Shown here: positions 41,481 through 53,175 of the stretch, piece after piece
Layout: each line of letters starts with the position of its first letter
Position numbering within the stretch: the stretch's first letter is position 1
Assembly (NCBI RefSeq): GCF_018977255.1
Contig: NW_024704742.1
Span: 101,310,001-101,374,000 of the forward strand
Reading direction: 5' to 3'
Length of the DNA: 64,000 bases
Source of the DNA: Callorhinchus milii
Lineage: Eukaryota
Translations under genes and position numbers: made by a program
The notes under the pieces: model-generated
What the model saw: only the letters and a program-made list of their open reading frames with translations
Databases searched by the model: none
Told to the model about the DNA's origin: nothing

Positions 41481-42345
41481 AACTTTCTTCAGTTGAACGT
41501 GAACAAGACTGAGGTTCTCCTGATTGGCTCCCGTCAGCGCCTCCTCACCACAGGCGCTGACAGCATCACCGTCCATGGTTGCATACTCCACCGTACTAAG
41601 CGAGTCCGGAACCTTGGGGTCTTGTTTGACCCTCAACTATCCTTTCTACCCTACATTTGTGCTATGACCCACTCTGCCTTCCCCCATCTCCGCCACATCG
41701 CCCGGCTCCACCACTGTCTCACACAGCAGGCCGCTGAAACACTCATACACACCTTCAATACATCGAGGCTTGACTATGCAAACTCCTTGCTTGTCAGCCT
41801 CCCCAACTCCTCCCTCCATAGGCTGCAGATCATCCAGAACTCTGCAGCCCATGTCCTCTCCCGCACCGGCTCTGTGATCCTATCACCCCAACCTCGCCCG
41901 ACTCCACTGGCTTCCCTCAGATGATACAGTTCAAGATCCTGGCCCTTCCCTTCAAAGCCCTCCATGGCCTTGCTCCCTTCTATCTCCGCGACCTCCTAAC
42001 CCCCTACCATCCTGCCCGCTCCCTCCACTCAGTGGGCTCTGGTCTGTTTCACAACCCTCGCCTCACCCGCCCTACCATTGGTGGGCAGGGCTTCTGCCAT
42101 TCTGCCCCTTCCCTCTGGAACTCCATCCTGCAGTCCCTCTGCCTCGATCCCTCCCTTGCCTCCTTCAAGACGCATCTCAAGACCCTTCTCTTCGACTGTT
42201 CTTTCGATCACTCTGCTTCCCCCCCCTGACTTCCACCTTCCCCAATCCTGACCCCCAGCTCGGATCCAAAACACTGACTGTCCAGCGCCTTGGGACGTCC
42301 TGCCGATGTGAAAAGCACAATACAAAGGTAATTTTGTTGTTGTTG
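41481..42345 (+). mobile_element. L2 LINE 3' fragment
   Basis: NVNKTEVLLIGS...VRNLGVLFDPQLSF...SRLDYANSLL; (TTG)n tail. Confidence 0.93.
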
Positions 42346-43899
42346 TCTAAAAGCTCTTAATGATCATTAAAATGCACTAAATCCTTGGAAATAACATAGC
42401 AAATTGTTCTATCTTTAAAAGTGAAATTTAAAAGGTATGATTGATTACTTGAATTTATTTAGAAGTATTTTAGTTGATTCTCCTGCAAACAATTTAGGTG
42501 ACTGCAGGTACAAGGCAGCAAGAATTTGACAATGTTGCGACAGGAACACAATGTACTGTGACATGAAATCCCACAGAAATCACACTATTTACTTATCTTC
42601 CATTGTGATAACTTGAAAATGATGTTAGGGTAATTCAAAGGGTGCAGTGACTACTGCTATGCTTTTGTTTTTATTTGTACAATGAAGGAATTATTTCTAA
42701 GAAACAAATAGATTTAGTTATGGATGACTACATTTTCTGATACTTCGGAGTCTTTTTACATAATTTGGGGGGGTCAAAAAATATTGCTGCAAACCCAAAA
42801 AAGACAGTGCAGTTAATATAAATTCTTCATAAATACAACAATACTGTTATCATATAACCATAGAAAATTACATCGCAGAAGGAGGCCAATCCTGTCGAAG
42901 CATGAGATCCTGAATCAAGGCCATGCCTGCGTATTCAGGGGTTATGACACTACTCAAAGAGAAATGGGTGTTTCTCCTCATATCCTGGCCAACAATCCTC
43001 CAGATTAATCTGCCACTCATCTTCCTGGGTGTTTGTGGGTTCTTGATGTGCACAAAAAAGCTGCTGTGTTGACTACAGAAAAGAGCCACCGCACTTGCAG
43101 CAATTACTATGAAGAGCTTTTGACATTATTAGGGCTACAAAATGCAAGTTCTTGGTTTCTTTTGATCTTTCAATAATTACAATTTAATCAACCAGTAGGA
43201 AGTCCAGAACATTAGGATATATGGATTTCCAAGTAATGATATTGTACAGTACTATGTGAATTCCCAAGCAGTGATATTGTGTTGTGTGATTTCACAAAAA
43301 GTGATATTGTTCCAATGCAAAATTTTAAAAATCAGAGAGCTAGGCATTGCAAGTTGAAATACAGGTGAATTCAGCAGAAATCAGATTCACACAAACAAGC
43401 ACCCAGCAATATATCACATACAGTGGAACCTTTTCTGGCAGATAAAATAAGGCATCAAAATTCACAGCAGAAAAGTAAAAAATGCAGGTCAGATTACTAA
43501 CCACATCAGAACAAAGATAATGTCTCTTCCTAGCACCATGTACACTCTGATGAATTAATTCTGGGCTCTGGATTCCAATTATAAGTTTAGATTCTGGAAG
43601 ACAAGACTTCTTCCACTGGTTGATAGATCGTGTGAGGTCGACCTTCTTGGAGGAACCATGGTAATCTGCTGCTCTCAACCTGCAGTAGATACAAAATATT
43701 GATTCTAGAATCCAGGAGAACTTTCCCATCCTCTCCACCTTTGGCCCGGAACTGATCTATCTTTGCCTGTAATTCACTGGTGACCATCTTATCTGATTTA
43801 ACTAGGCTTCATCCCATTTTTTTTGTATGGGTGGGGGGAGGTCTGCTACATGCGGAAAACCATCACCATGACTAAGAGTATCTAAACCAGACACAGTTC

Positions 43900-44200
43900 C
43901 CTGTATGCCACCCATAAATGAAAACGTCCATGCCGGGATTGGAATGTGCACACTCTATCTAGAGGGACACCCTTTTTAACTAATTCTGGAGAGTATTAGG
44001 TGCGGGTGGCAAAAGTGAAGGGCTGTAGCATTGGGAGACTACTGGAGTTTTCCCAGTTAAAACTGTATAACTTGGCATTGAAAGTATTGTCACTGCTTAT
44101 CCAACTAGGACCATGACATAGTGTGTTCTGTAGGGCACACGTTTGGATGTCATGGCAAGGACACTGGGATGCCTGCCATTTTAGGATAAGAAAAAATTCC
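43900..44200 (+). mobile_element. Ancient LINE endonuclease N-terminus remnant (RTE-like)
   Basis: gat tgg aat gtg cac act cta = DWNVHTL, resembling the APE start motif WNVRTL. Confidence 0.45.
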
Positions 44201-44227
44201 TGTGGCTGCATGAACATTAAAATATCA

Positions 44228-44615
44228 TATCACGTGAATTCACAAACTGATTTTGTACCATTGATTTTCCAAGCAGTGATGTACCATATGATTTGACAAA
44301 CATTGATATACCACATGATTTCACAATCAGCAATATTGCATCACATGATTTCCCAAGCAGCGATGAATTGACATGAATTGACAAGCAACAATTTTGTCCT
44401 ATGTGTCCTATGTGATTTTACAAGCACTGATACTATATCACATGATTTTCCAAGCAGTGATTTGCACCATATAATTCCACAAACATGAATATTTCACTAC
44501 ATGATTTCACAAGTACTGTAACAATAATGTACTACATGATTTCCCAAGCAGTGTTATTTGTCCACATGTTTTCCCAAGCAGCGATGATGTAACATGATTT
44601 CAGAAGCTTTGATAC
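44228..44615 (+). repeat. Degenerate minisatellite with a unit of about 29 bp (atgatttcccaagcagtgatattgtacc), roughly 13 copies
   Basis: Repeated tgattt(c/t)(a/c)caagca...gat; 3-4 more units at 43223-43320. Confidence 0.85.
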
Positions 44616-47600
44616 TGATTTTTTTCCTGCCTGATTTAAAAGACTATAACAACTCCTATCTATTATAAAGCAAATATTGCCTTACGGAAAACCAGATCAC
44701 TAAGTCAGAATATTATAACAAGTTTAAAATAACTTTGAAAATACTTAAAACATATTCTTGTTGAAATCATATGTTTTTGCTATACTTATTTCACATAAAC
44801 CAGCCAACTAACCTGGTTTCAGCATTGGCCGACCCTCACCTAATGTGGTTCTGCCAACCCCGCTATCCCCCACCCCTTACCAGATCTTGCCTTGTGAATT
44901 TATTTAGTTATTTAAAGTACTAAAATTCCTGTTCTTTTTTCAGACACAGAACAAGTTATTTTTTACTAAATATTTGGTAACCTCATCCCAAAACTACCCC
45001 AAAACATTCAAAAACAGAAACTACCCCAAATGAATCAGGTATTCTGTCTGAATGGATTATGAGCACATAAGAGCATATAGGAGCCACCTGCCTCTTTGGC
45101 AAGTCCAACATCTTTTGCATATTGGACCAACTGCAGGGAAACCTTGTCATAATGAAGATGACTGAATCCAATGTCTCACCAAGTGAGGCATAAAAAATTG
45201 ACCAACTTCCGGGTCATCAGATGAGCATGCTAGAACCATCCTGGCTGGGTCATCAGGAAGCACTGCCAATGTCACTGCCATGGTTTAGAATGGGAAGCCA
45301 GTTAGAGTTAGTCAGCACTGCAAGAAGAGTTTACTGGACTTCAAGTTAACACATGTCATCAGTAGAACCAAGCTAAAGATGAGGCAGTGAGATATTGAAA
45401 GGGGTTCCAAGTTATAATGAGCCCGAAAGTGCCCTTCTACCTTGGTGGGGTTGTTAACAGGATCTCGGGGCTAAATTAGCTCCAAAGTGTCTTGCTTGGC
45501 TATGGAATATCAGAATTCAATCAATCTTCTGGGACTAAGGAATTCCTCAGATAAATGCATCCTGCTTCGTTAATCCCAGGGAATGCACATGATTTACCAG
45601 ACAATTCAAAGCCACCTATATGTGGAACACTCAGTGGTTTGGTTGGATATGCTTAATTCTGGTGATGGATGTCTGCTTGTGTCAGAAAACAATTACTCAT
45701 TTATTTGCAACATATTGTTTGGTTCCTTGTATTTTCTTCAAATTAACATTCTTGGCACAGTATCTGCACGAAGGGCTCACCCATGATTTTTGAATGATCC
45801 TCGTTAAAAATAATATCCCCAACCATCCACCGGTATAAACAATGGCTGGGAACCAAGGGACCATTAACCCATCTCTGAGGAGGACCCAGAGTGTCAGTGG
45901 TAACGCTTACATTCTGCAGTTTAACGTTTAAATTTAAACTTTGCAAAACTTTGAGCCAGAACTTTCCCGTGTAACCTCTGAGTGAATCCAGTTCCCGCCA
46001 ATTCATAGAAAGTTTATTTTTATATATTTAAAAAAAAAGCCCCATACCTTGGCTCCACATGCACAGCAGATTTTCACTAACGTGTTTGAAGTGGGGCGTT
46101 TGTCCTAGTTGGCCGATCGCCCTATTTATCTTTCCCTTAAATCTGGGAAACAAGCAGATCATATGAAGATCTCAGCGTGTTCAGGATCCCCACCTTGTTC
46201 TCCCATTGCAACATCAGATTATTCTGTGCTCTTTGCCTTTAACCCCCCCCCCCCCCCCACAGCTGATGTACATTGGACAACACGGGCTCTACTATGGTTG
46301 GTCTCCTCACCTGCAACCAATGCACTGAGACCTGGTGCCAGCTGTTTCCAACAAATATTGGGTAATAGGGCGGGGGAAGGGATTAAATTGATCTTGCTAT
46401 TAGACATCTTACGCACATTTTCCACTAGAACAGATGACCAGGGGTAATGGAATGCAGATGTTTTGGGTCCAACATTTCTGCATGTGCATGAACAGCACCC
46501 AAGCTAACTCAGGCACCAAGCTAACTCACTCACTGCATTGCACGCCAGCACTTGACTCATCGCTTCCTCTATATTTATCCCTCGAGTTATTTTCTGGGAT
46601 CAGATCAAACGAGGTAACTGCATTAGATTACAAATAACATCGATCTGGAACTCTCCCATCCTGGTGTGGAACCGCATGGGTAATACTTTCAACAGCAATC
46701 TCCAAGCAAGTACAGAAACACAACCTTAATTCCATATGACATATGTTTTATGTGGTGATGTAAACATGAAACACAAGCAGATAATAATATCAATCGTTGC
46801 CTGTGATATGTGTGGAAATAAATAAAATGCATTTATAAAGTACAGTAGTTATCAAATGCTAACACGTTAGTTGAAGATTATAGCAATTAATGGAGCAAAA
46901 TGACTGATAGTTTCCAGCTCATCGAATTTGTAGCTAATAATAATAATATTACATGACCAACTTTAAACCGAATTGAAATCAAACCGATTCCCTTAACGTT
47001 GAGGTGACAATTTGCATCAAAGTGTAATGTGACTCAGAGACCTTTCAGGCACTGCTTCGGTGTACGTGAAAGTGAAGGGAGGAAGAAAGTGGAGCCATTC
47101 CTACATAATCCCACGTCGAAGAATGTGTCCCGTCGACTGTGATCTGAATTGTCATTTTCTGCAATGTTAAACCACTTAAAGAAACCATTATAAATCTTAC
47201 ATCGCATGTATATATACATATATATATATACCCCACACACACACATGCAAAGCATGTTCCCACGTTTAACTAATGCGAATTACAGATACCTCGTGGGCTG
47301 AATTTGGACAGAAACCCTCTCTATGGCACTGACCAGCTTTATCCACTGGTTGGGGACTTTTCTTAATGGAATCGTAGAAACGGTGCTATATGTTCAGGTC
47401 ATATATATAGTGATTTTGTAAAGTGAATGCTTCAATCCCGTGCTGGAGAATGAGAGAGAAAGCACTATCTTCTCATTCAGACAGCATTGAAGTCTAAGCT
47501 CCTTCTCCCTCCCCCCAAGTAGTGTTGCTCGACTGACAGTAGCTGTGACATTGAATCAGACTCGCGTTTGGTACTCAGTCCAGTTGGGGAAGGGAGGCTG

Positions 47601-47689
47601 CTGCCAACCCTGGGCTCCCATGAAAGAACATGGTTTTAGTAGAAAATGACATGGGTGTATTTATTTCTCTTTGCCACGTCAGCTTGCAG

Positions 47690-47782
47690 TGGAGGTGGTG
47701 GTGGTGGGGGGAGTGGAGTGGTGGTGGTGGGGGGAGTGGAGTGGTGGTGGTGGGGGGGGGGGGGGAGTGGTGGGGGGGGGGA
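47690..47782 (+). repeat. G-rich (GGT)n/poly-G tract with G-quadruplex potential
   Basis: Multiple runs of 2-15 G; further G tracts at 48010-48035 and 48396-48422. Confidence 0.8.
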
Positions 47783-48048
47783 TCTTTACAAGTGGTAGCA
47801 GAAAAATATGCCATAGAGTACAATCCGATGGAGTTAACTCGAGTTAACTGTTTGCCAGACGCCGCTAGAATTGCTGCTGATGGCTGGAGAGAATATCCTG
47901 GTTCACTCGAGAGTGTGTTCATCAGGAGAAGTTTTCCCAATGCAATGCGTTGCCTTTCACGAACTGATATTTTAACAGGGGGGGTGGGTTGGTTTTTTTT
48001 TGTTTTGGAGGGTGGGGGGGGGGGATGGGGGGGGGAAGAATTCCTTAC

Positions 48049-48174
48049 CTCTTTAAGTTCTTTAGCCACGTCCTTTAAATCGCCCAGGACTAACTCCAAA
48101 TCCTCTACAATAGTCTTGATCTGCTGTTTTACCTTTGCCTTGCAGGCTGCGCTCTCCTTTGGTTTCCCTGACAT
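48049..48174 (-). CDS. PRR16: PRR16 (Largen) first coding exon, 42 codons, N-terminal coiled-coil; followed by a phase-0 intron
   Basis: Translation MSGKPKESAACKAKVKQQIKTIVEDLELVLGDLKDVAKELKE matches the recalled vertebrate PRR16 N-terminus (KTKVKEQIKIIVEDLELVLGDLKDVAKELKE). Similarity stops exactly at a consensus donor GAG|GTAAGG (48048-48043). ATG at 48174 has A at -3. Confidence 0.93.
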
Positions 48175-49350
48175 TATTGGGGGGCGGCGATCAGACAACA
48201 CTGACCATCACCATCTCACGGCTTTGCCCATCACCCTCCTCCTGCTGCTGCTGCTGCTGCTGCCTCCTCCTCCTCCTCCTCTCCGGCTCGGTCTCTCCCC
48301 GCCGATTGCCATCAACTCAGAAATAACTGCGGGATCCCAGGACTGCAGAAATCTGGCCAGTGTACGCCTGCGTCAGTGTGCATGGCAAATTAAGCGGGGT
48401 GGGGGTGGGGGGGGGGGGGGGGAATGTAAGTAAATATTATGGCAGCCTGGCTTTGGTTAAAACCTTCCCGCACATGCTGACTAACACCCCTCTCGCCTCC
48501 TCGCCACTGTGCAATCGCAGGCTGCCTTCAGTGGCAACTCTCCCTGACTTGAAACCAGGCGATCAGCTCCCAGTTTGTGCACATCCATAATCTTGAGCGA
48601 TCTTAGCAGCTCCCTTCTCCCTCTCCAGCTTCTCTTCTCTCTCTCTCTCTCTCTTTCTCTTTCTCTCCAGATAACTGCAGACTCCCGGAATCCAAATGCA
48701 CAAGTGAAGATGTCAGGGATTTTTTTTTTTCTCTTTTTTTTTTGCTTTCTCCCCCACCCACACCCCACACACGTTAAAAAAAAAAACTTGTCTCTGAAAG
48801 TTGTGACAGTGCGCGAGGCGAGGCTCACAGCACAGCACAGCACAGCCCGGGTGTCAGTCAATGCATAAGAGCAAATCGGTCCAGTCACTGTCATCAGATG
48901 GTCCTGAGTGAGAGAGAGAGAGAGAGAGAAGGGAAACCAGCGCCTCTTCCCCAGTCAGTCAGTCAGTCAGATCGTCCACTGCTAAATCTGCTCCGAGTCA
49001 ATGAACAAGTAATGGTTTAATAACCCTAAGCTTGTGCCAGCCCTCCCTTTAATAACCAAGAGAGGTGTAAGCCTTCCTGACGACTTGTAATCGCTGCTGG
49101 CCTCATTCATATTAGGTTCACCCCCCCCACACACACACTTTCTTCTCTCTCTGTTTCACCATCACCAAAAACACAGCAGCAAAGCACTACTCACGTCTGA
49201 ATGGAAATAAACGCAGATCTGTTAACGGGACTGAGCTTTGCGCAACTTGTTTCCGGATCTGCTTTGAGGTGTTAGATGTCAGCAATCGGCTGCCGAGAGT
49301 CTGTAAACTGAGCCTCACCTGGTCAGAGCTTTCTCACTTTGGAGGCATTG
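48175..49350 (-). promoter_or_regulatory. PRR16 5'UTR/promoter region, CpG-retaining and free of recognisable TEs
   Basis: Visibly more GC and CpG than the flanks; (GA)n, (CAGT)n and (GCACA)n repeats; TALE-type TGACTGACAC/TGACAG motifs near 48850-48900; directly upstream of the ATG. TSS not determinable. Confidence 0.6.
48235..48281 (-). repeat. Compound trinucleotide repeat, (GGA)n(GCA)7 on the sense strand, in the putative 5'UTR
   Basis: Plus strand reads cct cct (ctg)7 (cct)6. Confidence 0.95.
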
Positions 49351-52319
49351 AGAGGCAATGTGTGTGCGGGGCGGACAAGGTAACCATCGTATTATTTCTC
49401 CCTCTCTCTCTCTCTCTCTCTCCCAGACAGTGTTTCAGTCATCTATCGAGGTATGCAACTTGTGAATGAAAATTCCTCCCTCTGCCCCCGAGGGTCAGAG
49501 CAGATACCTGGAGATTTCCATGGCATTTCATGTTGTTGTGAGTGTCCTGACCAACAACCCCCCCTCAATAACATTGGTCACTCAGTTCCTGGCTGTTTGT
49601 GGGCACTGCTGTGCACAAACTGGCTGCCACCGTCGTCTATAAAACACAGTCACTACACTTTACAGTAAAGTTCTACGAAGCGCCTTGAGACCATCTCGGG
49701 ATTTGAATAGGCGCTCTATTAAATGCAAAGATTATTATCCTCTGTAACCCATCCCCCCCACCCCCACTTCTTGTTTTTAAAGCCATCCCGGGTGTGTCTG
49801 CAATTGACATGCCACAGATTTCTAACCCAGGAGGTTACGGTGAAAAAAAACATGTTACATCTTAAATAGCAATTTTTTAAAAAGAACAAATTGGATTTAA
49901 CTCCTTCCCCCCCACCTCTCCTCTGTCCCCCTTCCCATTGTGGATGTGAGTGCGCATAATGTACAACGCCAATGGAAAGCAACGGTTGTGTGTGAATTGC
50001 AGCACTTTGAATAAATATCGTTAACGCAAATTAAATAAAATGAGGGCTCCCTCCCATCTGTTTAACTCCCATCTCTGAGCAACATGCAGGTTTATTTCCC
50101 TGCACACTCACCTGCCCCTTCACTGAAATCCGGGTAGGACGTCCAGCAGACTTAGCAACGCACAGTAAGCATTTGTTGCATGTTTGCATCAACGCGGTTG
50201 TTAAATCATGTGCTCGGAAATATATTCGGGAACGAGAGCCCGTAAACCCATTTATGTTTATTAGCGGCGATTGACTCGGGCGACCGATGCCAAAATGCCT
50301 TGTTCTTTAATAATACAGTACTTCCTTCACCCCGTGAGTCATGAAACCAACTGTGTTATTGTGTACATATGCAATCTGCTCGTGGAGTAAAAGACAGCTT
50401 TCCCATTGAATGCCAGTGGTCTTTAGTTTATAATAATAATAATAGTTTTGCTTGCTTTTCGCGAGACATTATTCACCAGAAAGTTGACTTCAAACAAACA
50501 AATGACTTCCAAACCCCCACCAGCAGTTTTGCGATTGCAAAAACCAAAAGGTGGGGAGCAGGGACAAGCAGGTAGAATAAACCTGCGAGTGCATTATTTA
50601 TTTGCATCTTTCGGGGTTGTGGGCTGTCCACGGGGTATTTGTGAGTAACAAGGTGACATCTGCAACCCTTCAGACAGAAAGTAACCCCAAACCTTGATGT
50701 TGCAACTTATGCACCGGTTAGTAAATAAGTAAAGCAGGTAATGCAACCACCACAGTACCAGCAGCTCACACACAGCAGCTCAAACATACTAATAGATCCG
50801 GACCTTTGCTTTTGATTTCTGTGAATATAGTAAACACCACCCAGTGAGTGCAATTTACAGGGAAGTGGGTGGCTCACCATCAGGCAGATTGATTGTTTTA
50901 CAGGTTGAATATACTGCCCCTTCCTCCCCCCCCCACCCCCTGTTTGGCCGATCTCCCTTTCAATGCAGCAAACATTCTGTGTGGGGAAAAGCTCACTCAG
51001 TTTCCAGTCAACCAGGCGGGTTGCTTTAAACGTTTTAAAGCAATAACGCCTCCCCTCCCACTTCGAAAACACTAAGACTAAGTGAACATACGCTGTTGGT
51101 TTTCTGTTTTTATTAATCTTACCAACAGTATCTTGTTGAAAATATTGAGAATTTGCTACCAACTGAAAACAAGATTCAGACATCTCAGGGACTTGAACAG
51201 GCGCTGTATTGAATGTGTGTGTATATATATATATATATAGATGGTTAGTATAGCTTTAAAAAACAGATTTGCAAAGTGATGAAGGGGTTGGGGGATTCCA
51301 ATACACTTTCGCTCATGAAACCCCATATAAACGTTAAGACTGGGAAAGCGATCCTTTTACGAGAAGTTATCCCGCGAGCAGGAAATTGTATTTTACTCGT
51401 ATTTCAACCCAGTGAGCAGCAGACGCTTGAGGAAAGCGACTGAACGTGATAATCACAACCAGATGGGTTTTTTTAAAAAAAAGTGATTTGCATGGAGGGG
51501 TTTTTTTTTGCAAGAAAAGGCTCTCCCTACTGATTGATTCCAGTGCCGTGTTACAATAACAGACGTGAACAGCGTGTGTAGAAATGCTTCCCCCGATCTC
51601 AGCTTCACAGCACATCAATAAATACCAACAGATCAACAACAGGTCTGGTTGCAATGCATTAGATGTTTGCTGGACTCGGATGCAACATCAGTAACTTGGC
51701 ATTTCATCAGCATCTAATCACAGGAGACTGGGAGGGGGGCTGTGTGATTGCTGATACAGGAGCCACACCACTGAGCAGGTTAACAGGCTTGTGGCAATGG
51801 AGAGAAAGCCACCCCCCTCCAGCCCTTAAAGGGTATATCACCAGTGGAGGAGAATTCAGGCTCGATCGACTGACTGACTGACTGACTGCAGGCAGCAATG
51901 AAGTCGCATCGCTTTCCAGCTGGAGGGAAATAACGCATTAAATCCTTAAAAGGGTTATATGTACCGTTCACATCCTGCCTTAGATTGAAAACAAAAGCAG
52001 CCCCAAAAGGCACCCGATCTTTTAGGAAACCGAAGTGCACTTAAATGATACATTAGAGCAGGTAAAGGGGAGGGTTTTGTTTTTACAATTGAGCAAATCC
52101 TATCGAGTACTGTATGTTTGAAAAGGGGATGGAGTGTGTTAGGGTTTGAGTTGTGCAATCCAGGAAAACTATTGTTATGTTGTAAAGCCTGGAGTCCTGG
52201 CCTGTGTTGTGTGTGAATTGTGTTTGTGCAACGGTTGTTTGTGAATTGCAGCACTTTGAATAAACATCGTTAATGCAAGTTGAACGGGGTTGGGAGGATG
52301 GATAGATGTGCTCTATGCC

Positions 52320-52745
52320 AACTCGGCCACATTGCCCGTTTCCAACAATATCTCACCCCAAAAGCTGCTGAAACCCTTGTTTGTGCCTTTGTCACCTCTC
52401 GGCCGGACTACCCTAATGCCCTCCTCACCGGTCTCCCCTCCTCCACTATTCTCAAAATTCAGCTCATTCAAAACTCCTCTGCATCCCCCGAATCCTCTGC
52501 TCCTCCATTGGCGGCCGTGCCTTCAGCCACTTCGCCCCGAAACTTTGGAACTCCCTCCTTCAAACCCTTCGCCTCATCCCCTCTTTCCCCAACTTCAAGT
52601 CGCACCTGAAGACCTTCCTCTATGACCGCCCCTACAGTCACCTTCCCCCTACCCCTGGCTCGGCCTTGGGCTCCACCATTGATAAGCGCTCTGAGACACT
52701 GCCGGAGTGGAGGGGGTTATATAGGTGCAAGTTGTTGCTGTTGCC
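52320..52745 (+). mobile_element. L2 3' fragment
   Basis: LTPKAAETLVCAFVTSRPDYPNALLTGLP...IQLIQNS. Confidence 0.88.
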
Positions 52746-52879
52746 ACACATGTTCCTTGAATATTTGCCAGTAAAATGGCCAAGTATTCCTCCAGATTAA
52801 TTGAACATTTCCCTATTGATTGTGGAATAATCATTACACCCCAGAGTAAAGATATTTTGTTGTGAGAAGGCAGTACAAA

Positions 52880-53175
52880 TATTCAAATACTCATCTGTCC
52901 TTTGGATGACAAGTTAAACCAAGGTTCTGTCTGTTCAAATGGATATTAAAGAACCCATGGCACTGGTCAAAAAGTTTAGGAGAACAGTCCCACAAATAAA
53001 ATGTGTACTTTGGTTCATGGCTGTTCATGGGAAGTTGCTGTGCACACATTGGTTGCTGTGTTTGCCTACAAAATCCACAGCTGCTACCCTTTTTTAGTAT
53101 ATCCTATGAAGTGCTTTGAGATGTCCTTGAGATGTGAAAGATGCTGTGTCAAATGTAAGGACTATTATTAATTTT
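52880..53175 (+). mobile_element. DeuSINE-like element
   Basis: ttaaaccaaggttctgtctg...gctgtgcacacattggttgctg...(TTA) tail. Confidence 0.75.

Larger units (their letters stand above)
1..48048 (-). other. PRR16: Probable PRR16 intron 1 (continues beyond the window start)
   Basis: Donor site at 48048. No ORF resembling PRR16 exon 2 (VVDQID...) appears downstream on the minus strand. The region is TE-filled, and mammalian PRR16 is known to have a very large first intron. Confidence 0.75.

Noticed and set aside
44228..44615. CRISPR-like array
   Set aside because: Head-to-tail degenerate units without unique spacers, eukaryotic context and no cas genes.
47575..48048. Proline-rich continuation of the 208-aa ORF as part of PRR16
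   Set aside because: It lies past the GTAAGG donor; the poly-Pro/His comes from intronic C tracts and does not resemble PRR16 exon 2.
47630..48433. 267-aa plus-strand ORF
   Set aside because: Antisense to PRR16 exon 1 and kept open by low-complexity G and CTG repeats; no recognisable domain.
48952..51888. (CAGT)n at 48952 and (GACT)n at 51868 as inverted termini of an element
   Set aside because: Short tetranucleotide microsatellites with no further flanking homology.
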